Source: Candidatus Daviesbacteria bacterium (GTDB lineage: Bacteria; Patescibacteriota; Microgenomatia; Daviesbacterales; UBA10151). From it: 64,000 nt of DNA. Each line of letters starts with the position of its first letter. The stretch's first letter is position 1. The DNA lies in contig JACPDA010000004.1 of assembly GCA_016184225.1 (NCBI GenBank), positions 279,927 to 343,926 on the forward strand. Direction: 5' to 3'. Position numbers and translations under genes: made by a program. The notes beneath the pieces were generated by a model, which saw only the letters and a list, made by a program, of their open reading frames with translations, was not told the DNA's origin and ran no database searches. Shown piece by piece: positions 47,668-56,812 of the stretch.

Positions 47668-48582
47668 ATGAAAAAGTTTACTGTTTTAACCGGCATCCTG
47701 ATGGTGTTAATTTCGGCTGCTGCAATATATTCCCCCTTTAGTAAAAGATCGGTTCAGTTAATCTCTCCGGTCATAAAACAGGAAAGCATATTGGGGATTA
47801 ACCAGTGGTTTCCGGGAAGGGAGAATGGTCAAACAAACGCCCCGGAGATTAGTGCCAAAGCAGCTTTATTTGTAGATACCAAAAGTGGGGAAGTGCTTTA
47901 TTCAAAAAACATCCACGACAAGCTACCAATTGCCTCTTTGGTTAAAATTATGACTGTACTGGTGACTTTGGAGCACAAAAACATGGATGATAAATTTACC
48001 GTTAGCCAGCGCGCCGCTGCTATGGAGCCGGATAAGATGTTGCTAATTGCAGGCGAGAGGTTAACTTTGAAAGAGCTTTTGGATGGGATCTTTTTGATTT
48101 CAGCAAATGATGGCGCAGAAGTTTTGGCAGAGGGAACAACGGGTGACAGGAGCCAATTTTTGAAACTGATGAATGATAAGGTAAAGCAACTGGGTATGAA
48201 AGACACTTTTTTTGCTAATCCAACAGGCTTAGATGAGGACTCCGGTAATTCATACTCAAGCGCTTATGACCTGATCATTTTGACCAGATATTTAATCCGC
48301 CGTTTTCCGGAAGTAGTGGATATTTCCAAAACAGAGCATATTTATTTGCCAAAAACGCAGGAACACCAGGATTATGATATGTATTCCGGAATAAATCTGC
48401 TGACTACTTACCCGGGGGTGATGGGTTTTAAAACAGGTTTCACCCCGGAGGCAGGGTTAACTTTAATCACTTTGGCCAGAAAAAATAATCATGAAGTAAT
48501 AGGGGTACTCCTGGGATCGCAGTCCAGACGTGATGAAACCCGGGACCTTTTAGATTATTCATTTGAAAAGTTAGGCAATTAA
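47668..48582 (+). CDS. D-alanyl-D-alanine carboxypeptidase (peptidase S11)
   Basis: ASLVK, SAN, KTG. Confidence 0.92.
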   Translation: MKKFTVLTGILMVLISAAAIYSPFSKRSVQLISPVIKQESILGINQWFPGRENGQTNAPEISAKAALFVDTKSGEVLYSKNIHDKLPIASLVKIMTVLVTLEHKNMDDKFTVSQRAAAMEPDKMLLIAGERLTLKELLDGIFLISANDGAEVLAEGTTGDRSQFLKLMNDKVKQLGMKDTFFANPTGLDEDSGNSYSSAYDLIILTRYLIRRFPEVVDISKTEHIYLPKTQEHQDYDMYSGINLLTTYPGVMGFKTGFTPEAGLTLITLARKNNHEVIGVLLGSQSRRDETRDLLDYSFEKLGN

Positions 48583-48658
48583 TTTGTTTCATTTTTCTCA
48601 CGGTCGGAGGATATTTGAAATAGTGGAAAAAAGTTTGGGGCGGTAGTATGCTGGAAGC

Positions 48659-48793
48659 ATGATTAGAAAGGTAAGAGAAGGGTACAGGGTCCTGGCTGAA
48701 AGCGGTAGGAATATGGGAACTTATCCTACTCGTGAGCAAGCAAAAGTGCGTCTTCGCCAGATTGAAATGTTCAAACACATGAAGAAAAAATAA
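48659..48793 (+). CDS. Small basic conserved-type protein (44 aa), absent from ORF track
   Basis: MIRKVREGYRVLAESGRNMGTYPTREQAKVRLRQIEMFKHMKKK. Resembles a small-protein family with GT[YF].T...A..RLRQIE.FK, recognised from memory and not searched. Confidence 0.7.
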   Translation: MIRKVREGYRVLAESGRNMGTYPTREQAKVRLRQIEMFKHMKKK

Positions 48794-48834
48794 TGGTACC
48801 AAAATTACGCAATTGCGTACAAATGGTACCATTA
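48791..48834. repeat. 44-bp tripartite palindrome, copy 1
   Basis: TAATGGTACCA-AAAT-TACGCAATTGCGTA-CAAA-TGGTACCATTA. Confidence 0.9.
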
Positions 48835-49416
48835 AAATCCGAAATATTGTTTGTAAAAAGGCTCATTTTCCAGCTTATTAACTTCTAAAAGTAGAACCTC
48901 CTCGCTAAGATTAAAGTATTCCCTAAGATACTCGATTTCGCCGGTGCATTTATATGGTGTTAAGTAGACGGATTTTTGTAGAGGGAAGAAATTAATTTGT
49001 TTTAAAACTCTTCTGAAATTTTCTTGTGCGGATTTTTTTAATTTGCTTATATCGTAGATTACTAACCGCCATTTCCCATCCCATGATTTTCCTTTTAAAG
49101 AAAGTTCTTCTAATTTAAATCTTAGATATTTTGTGCGACCTTTTTGGGTTAATTTAATGACATCTTGTCCATCTTCATCAACAATTTCTACTACTTTTTG
49201 ATCATGCAGACGTTTTAAATTTCTCTTGAGTAATTTAAGATTAAATTTCTTCCACTCTCTTTGACTTTGTTCCCAGTCATGTTTTCTTTTGACTCTATAT
49301 AATGCCCCTGCCGCTGCTCCCAGACCAGGCGTGATGATAGATCCGGCCAGTAATGCGCCCATACCTAATAGATAAAGAATTTCTTTAGAACTTGGATACT
49401 GACTTTTTTGACTCAT
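48832..49416 (-). CDS. PaaX-like wHTH plus Cas2/VapD-like domain protein
   Basis: wHTH wing LTQKG, then WDGKWRLVIYDI....R..L....F..LQKSVY..PY.C. Confidence 0.82.
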   Translation of the reverse strand: MSQKSQYPSSKEILYLLGMGALLAGSIITPGLGAAAGALYRVKRKHDWEQSQREWKKFNLKLLKRNLKRLHDQKVVEIVDEDGQDVIKLTQKGRTKYLRFKLEELSLKGKSWDGKWRLVIYDISKLKKSAQENFRRVLKQINFFPLQKSVYLTPYKCTGEIEYLREYFNLSEEVLLLEVNKLENEPFYKQYFGF

Positions 49417-49430
49417 TTATTCAATTAGAT

Positions 49431-49474
49431 CATTGGTACCAAAAATTCGCAATAGCGAAAAAGTGGTACCTATG
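49431..49474. repeat. 44-bp tripartite palindrome, copy 2
   Basis: CATTGGTACCA-AAAA-TTCGCAATAGCGAA-AAAG-TGGTACCTATG; 33/44 identical to copy 1. Confidence 0.9.
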
Positions 49475-49553
49475 GAAAAAGATATTAGATATAGAGTATT
49501 ATGAAACAAGGAAAAGGTTTAAGAAAGGTTTTTGTCTCCAAATAAGAAAAAAT

Positions 49554-49826
49554 ATGTTGGGATTTAGTAAAAAAAGATTTTTGGTCACTTTGGGACTAGG
49601 GGTGTTGGTGTGGTTGATATCAGGGGTGATACAGGCACTCACGGGATTCTCTAATTATTTTAAAGTCTTTCATTCATGCAGTTTGACAGGTTATCCCATT
49701 GCTCTATGTATTTCTAGTAACAATCAAGCTAAAGTAATTTTAGTATCTATAGTGAATATTACTCTATGGTTTTGGGTTATCCATTTATTTTGGAGCTGGT
49801 TTGAGAAACGTCGCAATCAGGCCTAA
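49554..49826 (+). CDS. Small two-TM membrane protein
   Basis: 90 aa from the ATG at 49554: two hydrophobic helices with a C..TGYP...C loop. Confidence 0.6.
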   Translation: MLGFSKKRFLVTLGLGVLVWLISGVIQALTGFSNYFKVFHSCSLTGYPIALCISSNNQAKVILVSIVNITLWFWVIHLFWSWFEKRRNQA

Positions 49827-52733
49827 AGATGCCAGTGTAACTATCCCCCCGGAAGCCAGCAATAAGCCGCCCAGGATTTGATCTACAGGATTTGTTTTTG
49901 AAGGAGTTAATTTTTTCTGCTGGTCCAGCAGGCCGGAAATGTTTATCTGGTCGGAGATTTGGTTGGGCTTTTCAAAAGTCATACCTAAGACTGCAGGGGG
50001 AGATGTTATAGAATCTTGAGATTGCTTTGTCGGATCACCTCTTGAATTCACACCGGGGGTGAGCTTTGACTCCCCCGGTGTGTTGGCTACAGTTGTACTT
50101 ACCTCCGAGGTGTTTGCTGTTGTGGTGGAAGCTGGAGTTGGTGTAGGGGTAGGAGTGGGTTGGGCAGTGATTTGGATGGTAACAGTTTGCGGAATTTCCT
50201 CATTGCCGGTATTATCAATTGCTTTAACCTGAACATTAGTAGTTCCGGAATTTGAAACAGTAAATGGGTCAGTATATGTTTGGACAGTCTGGCCGTTATT
50301 TAAGCTGTATTCAATACTTAAAATTCCGGAGCCGGTGTCACTGCCGGTTAAAGTGACGGTAACAGGGCCGGTATAAGTTCCGGAAGCATCTTGTGTGCCG
50401 GAATTTTGAATAGTAGTAGCTGGCGGTGTTTGGTCTGTGGCCGCGTTCCCGCTGACCTCGCTGGTTGGGGTAACTGTACTGCTGTCAGGTTTTGTATCAT
50501 CCGGGTAAAGTGTTAAAGACGGGGAAGTATCAACAGCAGGATCCAAGTCAAACTCAACTTTGCCTTTTTCGTCTAAAGTAATATTTTTATAGATAGTAGT
50601 TTTGGAAATTTTATCAGCCCTGTAAGTACGTTTTTTAACAGCAGTTTTCTTAGAAGTAGTGGCCGGGTTTTTACGGGTGGCTTTGACCTTTACTTTGGAA
50701 GCTTTCTTTTTGACAAAAGCATGTTTGGTTTTACCGGAAGTAGTACAGGTTACCTCCGGAATATTTTCTTCCATTTCCCCGTTGGAATTTAAGCCGCAGT
50801 GGCGGTTACTTTCATCATATAAATCCAGCTCCCCGTCATCCAGGGAAATTTGTTCTCCCTCCAGATATATTTTCTCATCCTTGACTTCCACCGGTAGGGA
50901 ATTATCGTCATTTAAAATTGACCTGACAGTCTGCATTGCGGTTCCGTTACTGGAAACTAAGTCAGAATGTTTTTGTTCCACATAATAAATTTTAAATGCG
51001 CCGGAAATATCTAAGCTCTCATTTTTAAGAGAGGCGCTATACAGCGGAACGGTTTCATCTCCATTTATGAAAACCTCATCTGTTTTAGGAATTAAATTAA
51101 TGGGCCAAGTAACCCACCATGTTTCATGGATTTGCCCAAGGGTAGGTTGCGCAGTGCCTACTATTTCATAAATCTTTGCACCATTTGTTTGATTAAATAC
51201 AGTATCGATTAAAGTGTGAAATTCTTCTCCGATACTAAAAACTGACATGTTATGCCCCATATTGGATAAGAGGCTTTTAGCTTGGTTGAAATTCAATGCG
51301 CCCACCACTAGATTATTGTCAATATCCCTATCGTCTTTGTATGGATAAGGAATAGTTTCATCTGTGTTGCTATAAAAATCGTAATATTTTGAAGATGGTA
51401 TCAACTCAAAGATGCTAGGTAGATTTTGAGCATTATCTTTGGTTTCACTAGGAGGAATACCGAGTGTAAATAACTTAAAATCATAACCTAACCATGATCC
51501 ATATCTTAATGTCTTCACGCTATCTACAGCCCCCAGATGTGGCACCCCCAGCTCAATCAATAAATTTACCTTAGCAGCTTTGGCTGCATCTGAAATATAA
51601 TACCTGGCAACCAGGCCGCCCATGGAATGGACTACCAGATTAACCTTGGACTGTCCCGAGGCTGTTTTAGCTGTTTCAATTAAAGCATCTAAACCATCTT
51701 TAGTACTCCTGATATCTTTTCTCCAGTCATAGGGAAAGATAAAAAAATTGGTCCCTTTGACATACCCCATGTCAGTAAAAAATGAATCTATATCTGAATA
51801 CCCGAAAGAAGTTAAGTTTCCGGTTAAACTTAAATCCGCTTCCGGAGTCACCCCATCTGCTTTTAACTTTAAAACATCAAAATAATCGTCATTACCTAAC
51901 TGGGCAGCCTGATCCTGGTTAACCCAAATTTTTTCATTGCCGGAATAAGCGTGAGAATAAATCCCCCCGTGACCGTCTTGGGCTGACCAGAAAATATCCT
52001 GGGAAGCTTTCATTTCCGACCCGCCGATGCCGGGGATAAAAATTACCGGCAACCGGGGAGGCGGGGCGTTATTGTTTAAGACAAAATACAAATCATCAGC
52101 AGCAGAGGTAAAAATATTACAGTTTGAATTGGCTGTTTGAGAATTCCAGGTATAAGAGGCAGCATTACAGGAGCTGTTGTCAAAAGAATACCTAAGCCCT
52201 CCGCCGCTGAACCGGTCAGATCCGCCGTGGCCGCCAGCTCCATAAGCAGAAGAAGCAAATTTGATCCTCTTGCCGCCATATTGCGCCATGTTGGCATTTG
52301 AAATAAGTATTAAGTACCTATGTCCGGGGATAAAGTTATAATTTCTGCAGCTAAAGTCAATTGATACATCTTCAAATCCGGAAGGGACATTATCCGTGGA
52401 AAAGGTTAAACCCCTTAAGGGATCGCTGGGGTTGGCTCCGGTAGGGACACAACCGCTGATATAAGAGTTGCCGTTATCTTTATCATAAATACGGCTGTTT
52501 TGGGCAGTATAATCAAACTGGTTTAGGTTGGTGCTCGTGGTAGCAACCCTGAAGGTAAAAGTTTGGGCTGTGCCGGATAAGTTATTGCCCAGTTCCTGGA
52601 TAGTCCGCCAGACACTTAACTGATCGCTCCAAACCCCTGTTTGTTCTGCTATGGAAACAGCTTGGACTTTGGAAGTGAAAGCCACAAAAAGCCCCACCAT
52701 AAAAATAAGCCCCAGATATAGGCAGAATGGCAT
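49785..52733 (-). CDS. Large surface alpha/beta-hydrolase (LCAT/PGAP1-like lipase) with Ig-like domain and C-terminal anchor
   Basis: Signal peptide, VIFIPGIGGS, FPYDWR, HSMGG nucleophile elbow, GDETVP..S, H, DQTPP..EYSL..AID..GN Ig-like module, PT linker, C-terminal TM. Confidence 0.85.
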   Translation of the reverse strand: MPFCLYLGLIFMVGLFVAFTSKVQAVSIAEQTGVWSDQLSVWRTIQELGNNLSGTAQTFTFRVATTSTNLNQFDYTAQNSRIYDKDNGNSYISGCVPTGANPSDPLRGLTFSTDNVPSGFEDVSIDFSCRNYNFIPGHRYLILISNANMAQYGGKRIKFASSAYGAGGHGGSDRFSGGGLRYSFDNSSCNAASYTWNSQTANSNCNIFTSAADDLYFVLNNNAPPPRLPVIFIPGIGGSEMKASQDIFWSAQDGHGGIYSHAYSGNEKIWVNQDQAAQLGNDDYFDVLKLKADGVTPEADLSLTGNLTSFGYSDIDSFFTDMGYVKGTNFFIFPYDWRKDIRSTKDGLDALIETAKTASGQSKVNLVVHSMGGLVARYYISDAAKAAKVNLLIELGVPHLGAVDSVKTLRYGSWLGYDFKLFTLGIPPSETKDNAQNLPSIFELIPSSKYYDFYSNTDETIPYPYKDDRDIDNNLVVGALNFNQAKSLLSNMGHNMSVFSIGEEFHTLIDTVFNQTNGAKIYEIVGTAQPTLGQIHETWWVTWPINLIPKTDEVFINGDETVPLYSASLKNESLDISGAFKIYYVEQKHSDLVSSNGTAMQTVRSILNDDNSLPVEVKDEKIYLEGEQISLDDGELDLYDESNRHCGLNSNGEMEENIPEVTCTTSGKTKHAFVKKKASKVKVKATRKNPATTSKKTAVKKRTYRADKISKTTIYKNITLDEKGKVEFDLDPAVDTSPSLTLYPDDTKPDSSTVTPTSEVSGNAATDQTPPATTIQNSGTQDASGTYTGPVTVTLTGSDTGSGILSIEYSLNNGQTVQTYTDPFTVSNSGTTNVQVKAIDNTGNEEIPQTVTIQITAQPTPTPTPTPASTTTANTSEVSTTVANTPGESKLTPGVNSRGDPTKQSQDSITSPPAVLGMTFEKPNQISDQINISGLLDQQKKLTPSKTNPVDQILGGLLLASGGIVTLASLGLIATFLKPAPK

Positions 52734-52817
52734 AAAAGCATTGTTTATCGTGAAAAGGATTAATACAATGTATATTTAAGATGATTTAAGGTAACAAAGT
52801 GGTATACTGCATCCGTC

Positions 52818-53498
52818 ATGTTTACCAATCAGAAAGTTTTAGGAGTACTTTTAATTGTTTTTATTTTTGGAGCAGGAATTTATTTTACTGTTTCAAGATT
52901 TAAACAAGACGTTAGTAATGTAGCAGCTTCACCTTCTCCTTCCCCTGCAACCATAGATTTTCAATTAACCAAAACTCCTCCGTCTGCCAATGGACAAGTT
53001 CAGCCCGTAGAGTTACCATTGTCCAAAAATAAAAAACTCTCACAATTTCCCGGGACTTTAAAGCCAGATGTTTTAGAGAATAAAAAAGCTATAATTCAAA
53101 CTAATAAAGGTATTATCCAGTTACAAATTTACCCGGAAGCTTCTATGGCTGCTTCTAATTTTATCCTGCTTTCGGCAAACGGTTTTTATGACGGGCTAAC
53201 CTTCCATCGGGTAGAAGATTGGGTAGTCCAGGGTGGTGATCCTGAAGGTACAGGAAGAGGTGGACCCGGCTATCAGTTTCCGGATGAGCCGGTTAAAAGG
53301 CTTTATGTTAAAGGTATAGTTGCCATGGCAAATTCCGGGCCAAACACTAACGGCAGCCAGTTTTTTATCTTAAAGAAAGATACTCCGCTTCCTCCAAACT
53401 ACACAATTTTCGGTGCTGTTATTTCCGGCCAGGATGTAGTGGAGAAGATAACTGCCGGGGACATCATGCAGAAAGTAGTGATCCAAAATCTGCAGTAA
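52818..53498 (+). CDS. Cyclophilin-type peptidyl-prolyl isomerase, membrane-anchored
   Basis: FYDGLTFHRV, QGGDP.G.G.GGPGY, AMANSGPNTNGSQFFI. Confidence 0.93.
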   Translation: MFTNQKVLGVLLIVFIFGAGIYFTVSRFKQDVSNVAASPSPSPATIDFQLTKTPPSANGQVQPVELPLSKNKKLSQFPGTLKPDVLENKKAIIQTNKGIIQLQIYPEASMAASNFILLSANGFYDGLTFHRVEDWVVQGGDPEGTGRGGPGYQFPDEPVKRLYVKGIVAMANSGPNTNGSQFFILKKDTPLPPNYTIFGAVISGQDVVEKITAGDIMQKVVIQNLQ

Positions 53499-53548
53499 TT
53501 TTTAAGGTATTGACAGAGTTTCGAAGTGAGTTGATAGAATAGGAAGCC

Positions 53549-56161
53549 ATGAAAAAAAGAGCAGATATTACCCCACAAGTTGTTTCAATGCCGCGAACAC
53601 GCGGTCGCAGAAAGACCAACGGTGAACACAAACCTAACGGTTTAAACCAAATCGGTTACGGTTTTGAAAACAGGTTTGTGCCCCGTTACAAAAAAATGCC
53701 CGGGATGCCAGCGGACCTGACGGAACCCACATTCTCCGAGAGTTCTAATAAAATCTTGCATGAGCGATATCTTTTAAAAAGTGGGAATTTAGAAGTGGTA
53801 GAAACTGTAGCAGAGAGGTTTTGGCACATTGCCTATGATATTGCCTCAGGGGATTTTGACTTTGGTATAGACCCAAAAGAGGTTTCAGATTTAGCTAAGC
53901 AGTTTTATACCATGATGGTCCGTCAGGAATTCTTGCCTAATTCCCCTACCATTATGAATGCCGGTAAGCAAAACGGACTGCAATATTCCGCCTGTTTTGT
54001 TTTGCCTGTGGGAGACTCGCTCCCCGAGATTTTTGATTCCATAAAATATGCTGCTTTAATTCATCAAACAGGCGGGGGTACCGGGTTTGCCTTTTCCAGG
54101 CTTCGTCCGGCAGGGAGTATTGTCAACACCACCGGTGGTGTAGCATCCGGGCCTGTTTCGTTTTTGCGGGTATTTAATGCGGCCACAGAATCCATCAAAC
54201 AGGGCGGTACCAGGCGGGGAGCAAATATGGGAATTTTGCGGGTTGACCACCCGGATATTTTGGAATTCATCCGCTGCAAGGCAGAACTGGATGATTTAAA
54301 TAGGCCGATCTATGAAGGCATTGCTCCGCTTTTACCGGATGATTCTGCCAGGGAATACGTTAAGACTTTGCTTTTGGACAAACAAATTGCCAATTTTAAT
54401 GTTTCTGTAGCTGCTACTGATAGATTCATGCAAGCTGTGGGAAAAGGTGAAGATTATGAATTGATAACTCCGCACAGCGGAGAGGTGGTAGGTAAACTTA
54501 ATGCCGGGGAAGTGTTTGACGAAATAGTTGAAAGGGCCTGGAAAACCGGTGATCCGGGACTTATCTTTATTGACCGGGTTAATCACTCCCCTGCCAATCC
54601 AGTACCAAGCTTGGAAACGATTGAAGCTACAAATCCGTGCGGCGAGCAACCCCTGAGCGCATGGGATGCCTGTAATTTGGGTTCCATTAATTTGGGTAAA
54701 TTTGTTTTGCCTGACGGTTCAGATCTGGATTGGGAAAAGTTAAAAGAAGTCACCTGCCTGGCTGTCCACTTTTTAGATAACGTGGTGCAAACTAACCCTT
54801 ATACTTTAAAGCAGATTTATGACGAAGTTCACCAAAACCGCCGAATAGGACTTGGAGTGATGGGTTTTGCCGATATGCTGTTTAAATTAAAAATTCCGTA
54901 TAACAGCAATGAGGCAATAGAGCTGGCCGAGAGGATAATGAAGTTCATTAACGAAGAAGGTCACAAAAAGTCGCAGGAGCTGGTGGGTGATCGCAGCGCT
55001 TTCCCGAACTGGGCAAATTCAATCTATGCTGATCGAAACTCTCCCGCTTTTAAAAACAGGCCCGAGTCAGCGGCTTATGTCGGTGGAAAGAAAATCAGAA
55101 ATTCCACAATTACCACCATTGCTCCCACAGGTACTATTTCTATAATCGGCGATTGTTCATCCGGAATTGAGCCGGTGTTTGCCTTGGCTTATATCCACAA
55201 AGCCAAAGCCAAAGGAGATAATTATCGGATTTTAACTATTGCCAACCAAACATTTACGGAACTCTCTAGAAAAGAGGGCTTCTATAGCAGTGATTTGGCA
55301 GCTAAGGTTTTGGAGCATGGGTCTGTTAAAGGTTTGGCTGGAGTGCCGGAGGATTGGCAGAAAGTTTTTGTGACAGCCCAGGAGATTGATCCCATTTGGC
55401 ACGTTAAAATGCAGGCAGCCTTCCAAAAATATACAGATAATGGGGTGTCCAAAACAATCAACCTGCCAAATTCTGCCACCAGGGACGATGTTGCGCTGGC
55501 CTATAAAATGGCTTATGAAACAGGCTGTAATGGCATCACTATTTATCGGGACGGCTCCAAGAGTGTGCAGGTTTTAAATGTATCCTCATCTTTGGGTAAA
55601 ACTTTAGAAGATCCGGCTGCTCCGGTGGCTGAGCGACCGATGATTCTGCGGGGCAGGACTTATAAGGTTTCCACACCGGTTGGAGAGGCTTTTATTACTG
55701 TCAATAGGGATGAACAAGACCAACCTTTTGAGGTGTTTGTGACAGTTGGACGGGCTGGAATGCACACTATGGCAGATGCGGAGGCTATGGGAAGATTGGT
55801 GTCTTTGTCACTCCGGTTGGCCAGAGGGGCAAAAGAAACAGATCCCAAAGCAGTGGCCTTGAAAATCGTCGGGCAACTGAAAGGGATTGGAGGAGCGTCC
55901 TCGGTGGGCTTTGGGAAAAATAGGGTAATGAGTTTGGCCGATGCCATAGCCAAAGTTTTGGCAGAGGATTTGGCTTTGGCTCCACAGACTGAAAATATTG
56001 AAACAATACCACTGAATTTGACAATTAATGGAAATAATGGCGATATCTACCAACTACCAACTACTACGAATGCAGACCTGTGTCCGGAATGCGGTTCAGC
56101 ATCATTTGTAATGGAAGAAGGCTGTAAGAAATGTCATAGTTGTGGATACTCCATATGTTAA
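53549..56161 (+). CDS. nrdJ: Adenosylcobalamin-dependent (class II) ribonucleotide reductase with TSCPD and Zn-ribbon C-terminus
   Basis: FLPNSPT, SACFV, QGG.RRGA, TNPCGEQ, ACNLGS, APTGT, SKTIN, C-terminal CPECG..EGC..C..CG.S.C; adjacent to cobO. Confidence 0.92.
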   Translation: MKKRADITPQVVSMPRTRGRRKTNGEHKPNGLNQIGYGFENRFVPRYKKMPGMPADLTEPTFSESSNKILHERYLLKSGNLEVVETVAERFWHIAYDIASGDFDFGIDPKEVSDLAKQFYTMMVRQEFLPNSPTIMNAGKQNGLQYSACFVLPVGDSLPEIFDSIKYAALIHQTGGGTGFAFSRLRPAGSIVNTTGGVASGPVSFLRVFNAATESIKQGGTRRGANMGILRVDHPDILEFIRCKAELDDLNRPIYEGIAPLLPDDSAREYVKTLLLDKQIANFNVSVAATDRFMQAVGKGEDYELITPHSGEVVGKLNAGEVFDEIVERAWKTGDPGLIFIDRVNHSPANPVPSLETIEATNPCGEQPLSAWDACNLGSINLGKFVLPDGSDLDWEKLKEVTCLAVHFLDNVVQTNPYTLKQIYDEVHQNRRIGLGVMGFADMLFKLKIPYNSNEAIELAERIMKFINEEGHKKSQELVGDRSAFPNWANSIYADRNSPAFKNRPESAAYVGGKKIRNSTITTIAPTGTISIIGDCSSGIEPVFALAYIHKAKAKGDNYRILTIANQTFTELSRKEGFYSSDLAAKVLEHGSVKGLAGVPEDWQKVFVTAQEIDPIWHVKMQAAFQKYTDNGVSKTINLPNSATRDDVALAYKMAYETGCNGITIYRDGSKSVQVLNVSSSLGKTLEDPAAPVAERPMILRGRTYKVSTPVGEAFITVNRDEQDQPFEVFVTVGRAGMHTMADAEAMGRLVSLSLRLARGAKETDPKAVALKIVGQLKGIGGASSVGFGKNRVMSLADAIAKVLAEDLALAPQTENIETIPLNLTINGNNGDIYQLPTTTNADLCPECGSASFVMEEGCKKCHSCGYSIC

Positions 56162-56186
56162 TTTTGTTATGATCAATCTCTAAGAA

Positions 56187-56221
56187 AGATTGCTACGCTC
56201 ACTTCGTTCGCTCGCAATGAC
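56187..56221 (-). repeat. REP-like element (GTCATTGCGAG...GCAATCT family)
   Basis: AGATTGCTACGCTCACTTCGTTCGCTCGCAATGAC. Confidence 0.75.
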
Positions 56222-56246
56222 AGGTGGGGGGTGTTAGAATGAGCCC

Positions 56247-56780
56247 ATGAGTGATGAAAAAGGTTTAGTTATTATTTACACAGGTGAAGGTAAGGGGAAA
56301 ACTACAGCTGCGTTGGGGTTGGTACTGCGGGCTGTGGGATATAAGAAAAAATGTCTGATAGTCCAATTTGGTAAAGTATGGTTTACAGGGGAGCTGGAAG
56401 GAGTTAAGAAACTTTCTCCCTTTGTGAAACTGATCCAGGGTGGCAAGGGGTTTGTAAAGATTTTAGGGGATAAACTACCTCTCTCAGAACACAAAAAAGC
56501 AGCTTTAGATACATTTAATCTATTAAAAAAGGAAGTAAAATCAGGCAAATGGGATGTAGTGGTGGCTGATGAGATAGTAGGCGCAGTTTCCTCAAAATTA
56601 TTGCCACTTAAAGCAGTTGTAATGTTAATTACAGATAAACCTAAGGGTTTAGATTTAGTATTAACCGGCCATCATGCCCCGAAAAAATTAATTGAAATGG
56701 CTGGTTTAGTGACTGAGATGCAGGAGGTCAAGCACCCTTTCCAAAAAGGCATTTTGGCAAAAAAGGGTATTGACTTTTAG
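56247..56780 (+). CDS. cobO: Cob(I)alamin adenosyltransferase
   Basis: YTG.GKGKTTAALG, QF.K, DE, LTG, KHPF..G..A..GIDF. Confidence 0.92.
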   Translation: MSDEKGLVIIYTGEGKGKTTAALGLVLRAVGYKKKCLIVQFGKVWFTGELEGVKKLSPFVKLIQGGKGFVKILGDKLPLSEHKKAALDTFNLLKKEVKSGKWDVVVADEIVGAVSSKLLPLKAVVMLITDKPKGLDLVLTGHHAPKKLIEMAGLVTEMQEVKHPFQKGILAKKGIDF

Positions 56781-56803
56781 CACTCAAAGTAGTATTCTGC
56801 TAA
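56777..56803 (+). promoter_or_regulatory. CIRCE-like HrcA operator upstream of lon
   Basis: TTAGCACTC-N9-ttcTGCTAA: left arm perfect, right arm 6/9. Directly follows TTGACT. Confidence 0.7.
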
Positions 56804-56812
56804 TGTTAACTT

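Noticed and set aside
48832-49416. CRISPR-Cas locus suggested by the Cas2-like YDI motif and flanking repeats
   Set aside because: Only two repeats, 640 bp apart with a gene between them; no spacer array, cas1 or effector genes in the window.
50130-50165. PTPTPTP-encoding repeat in the lipase gene
   Set aside because: Ordinary Pro/Thr linker with degenerate codons, common in surface proteins.
54280-54390. Possible intein in nrdJ (extra ~35 aa before NFNVSV, and a short extra segment near 55030-55085)
   Set aside because: Too short and lacks the Cys/Ser start and His-Asn end; treated as ordinary loops.
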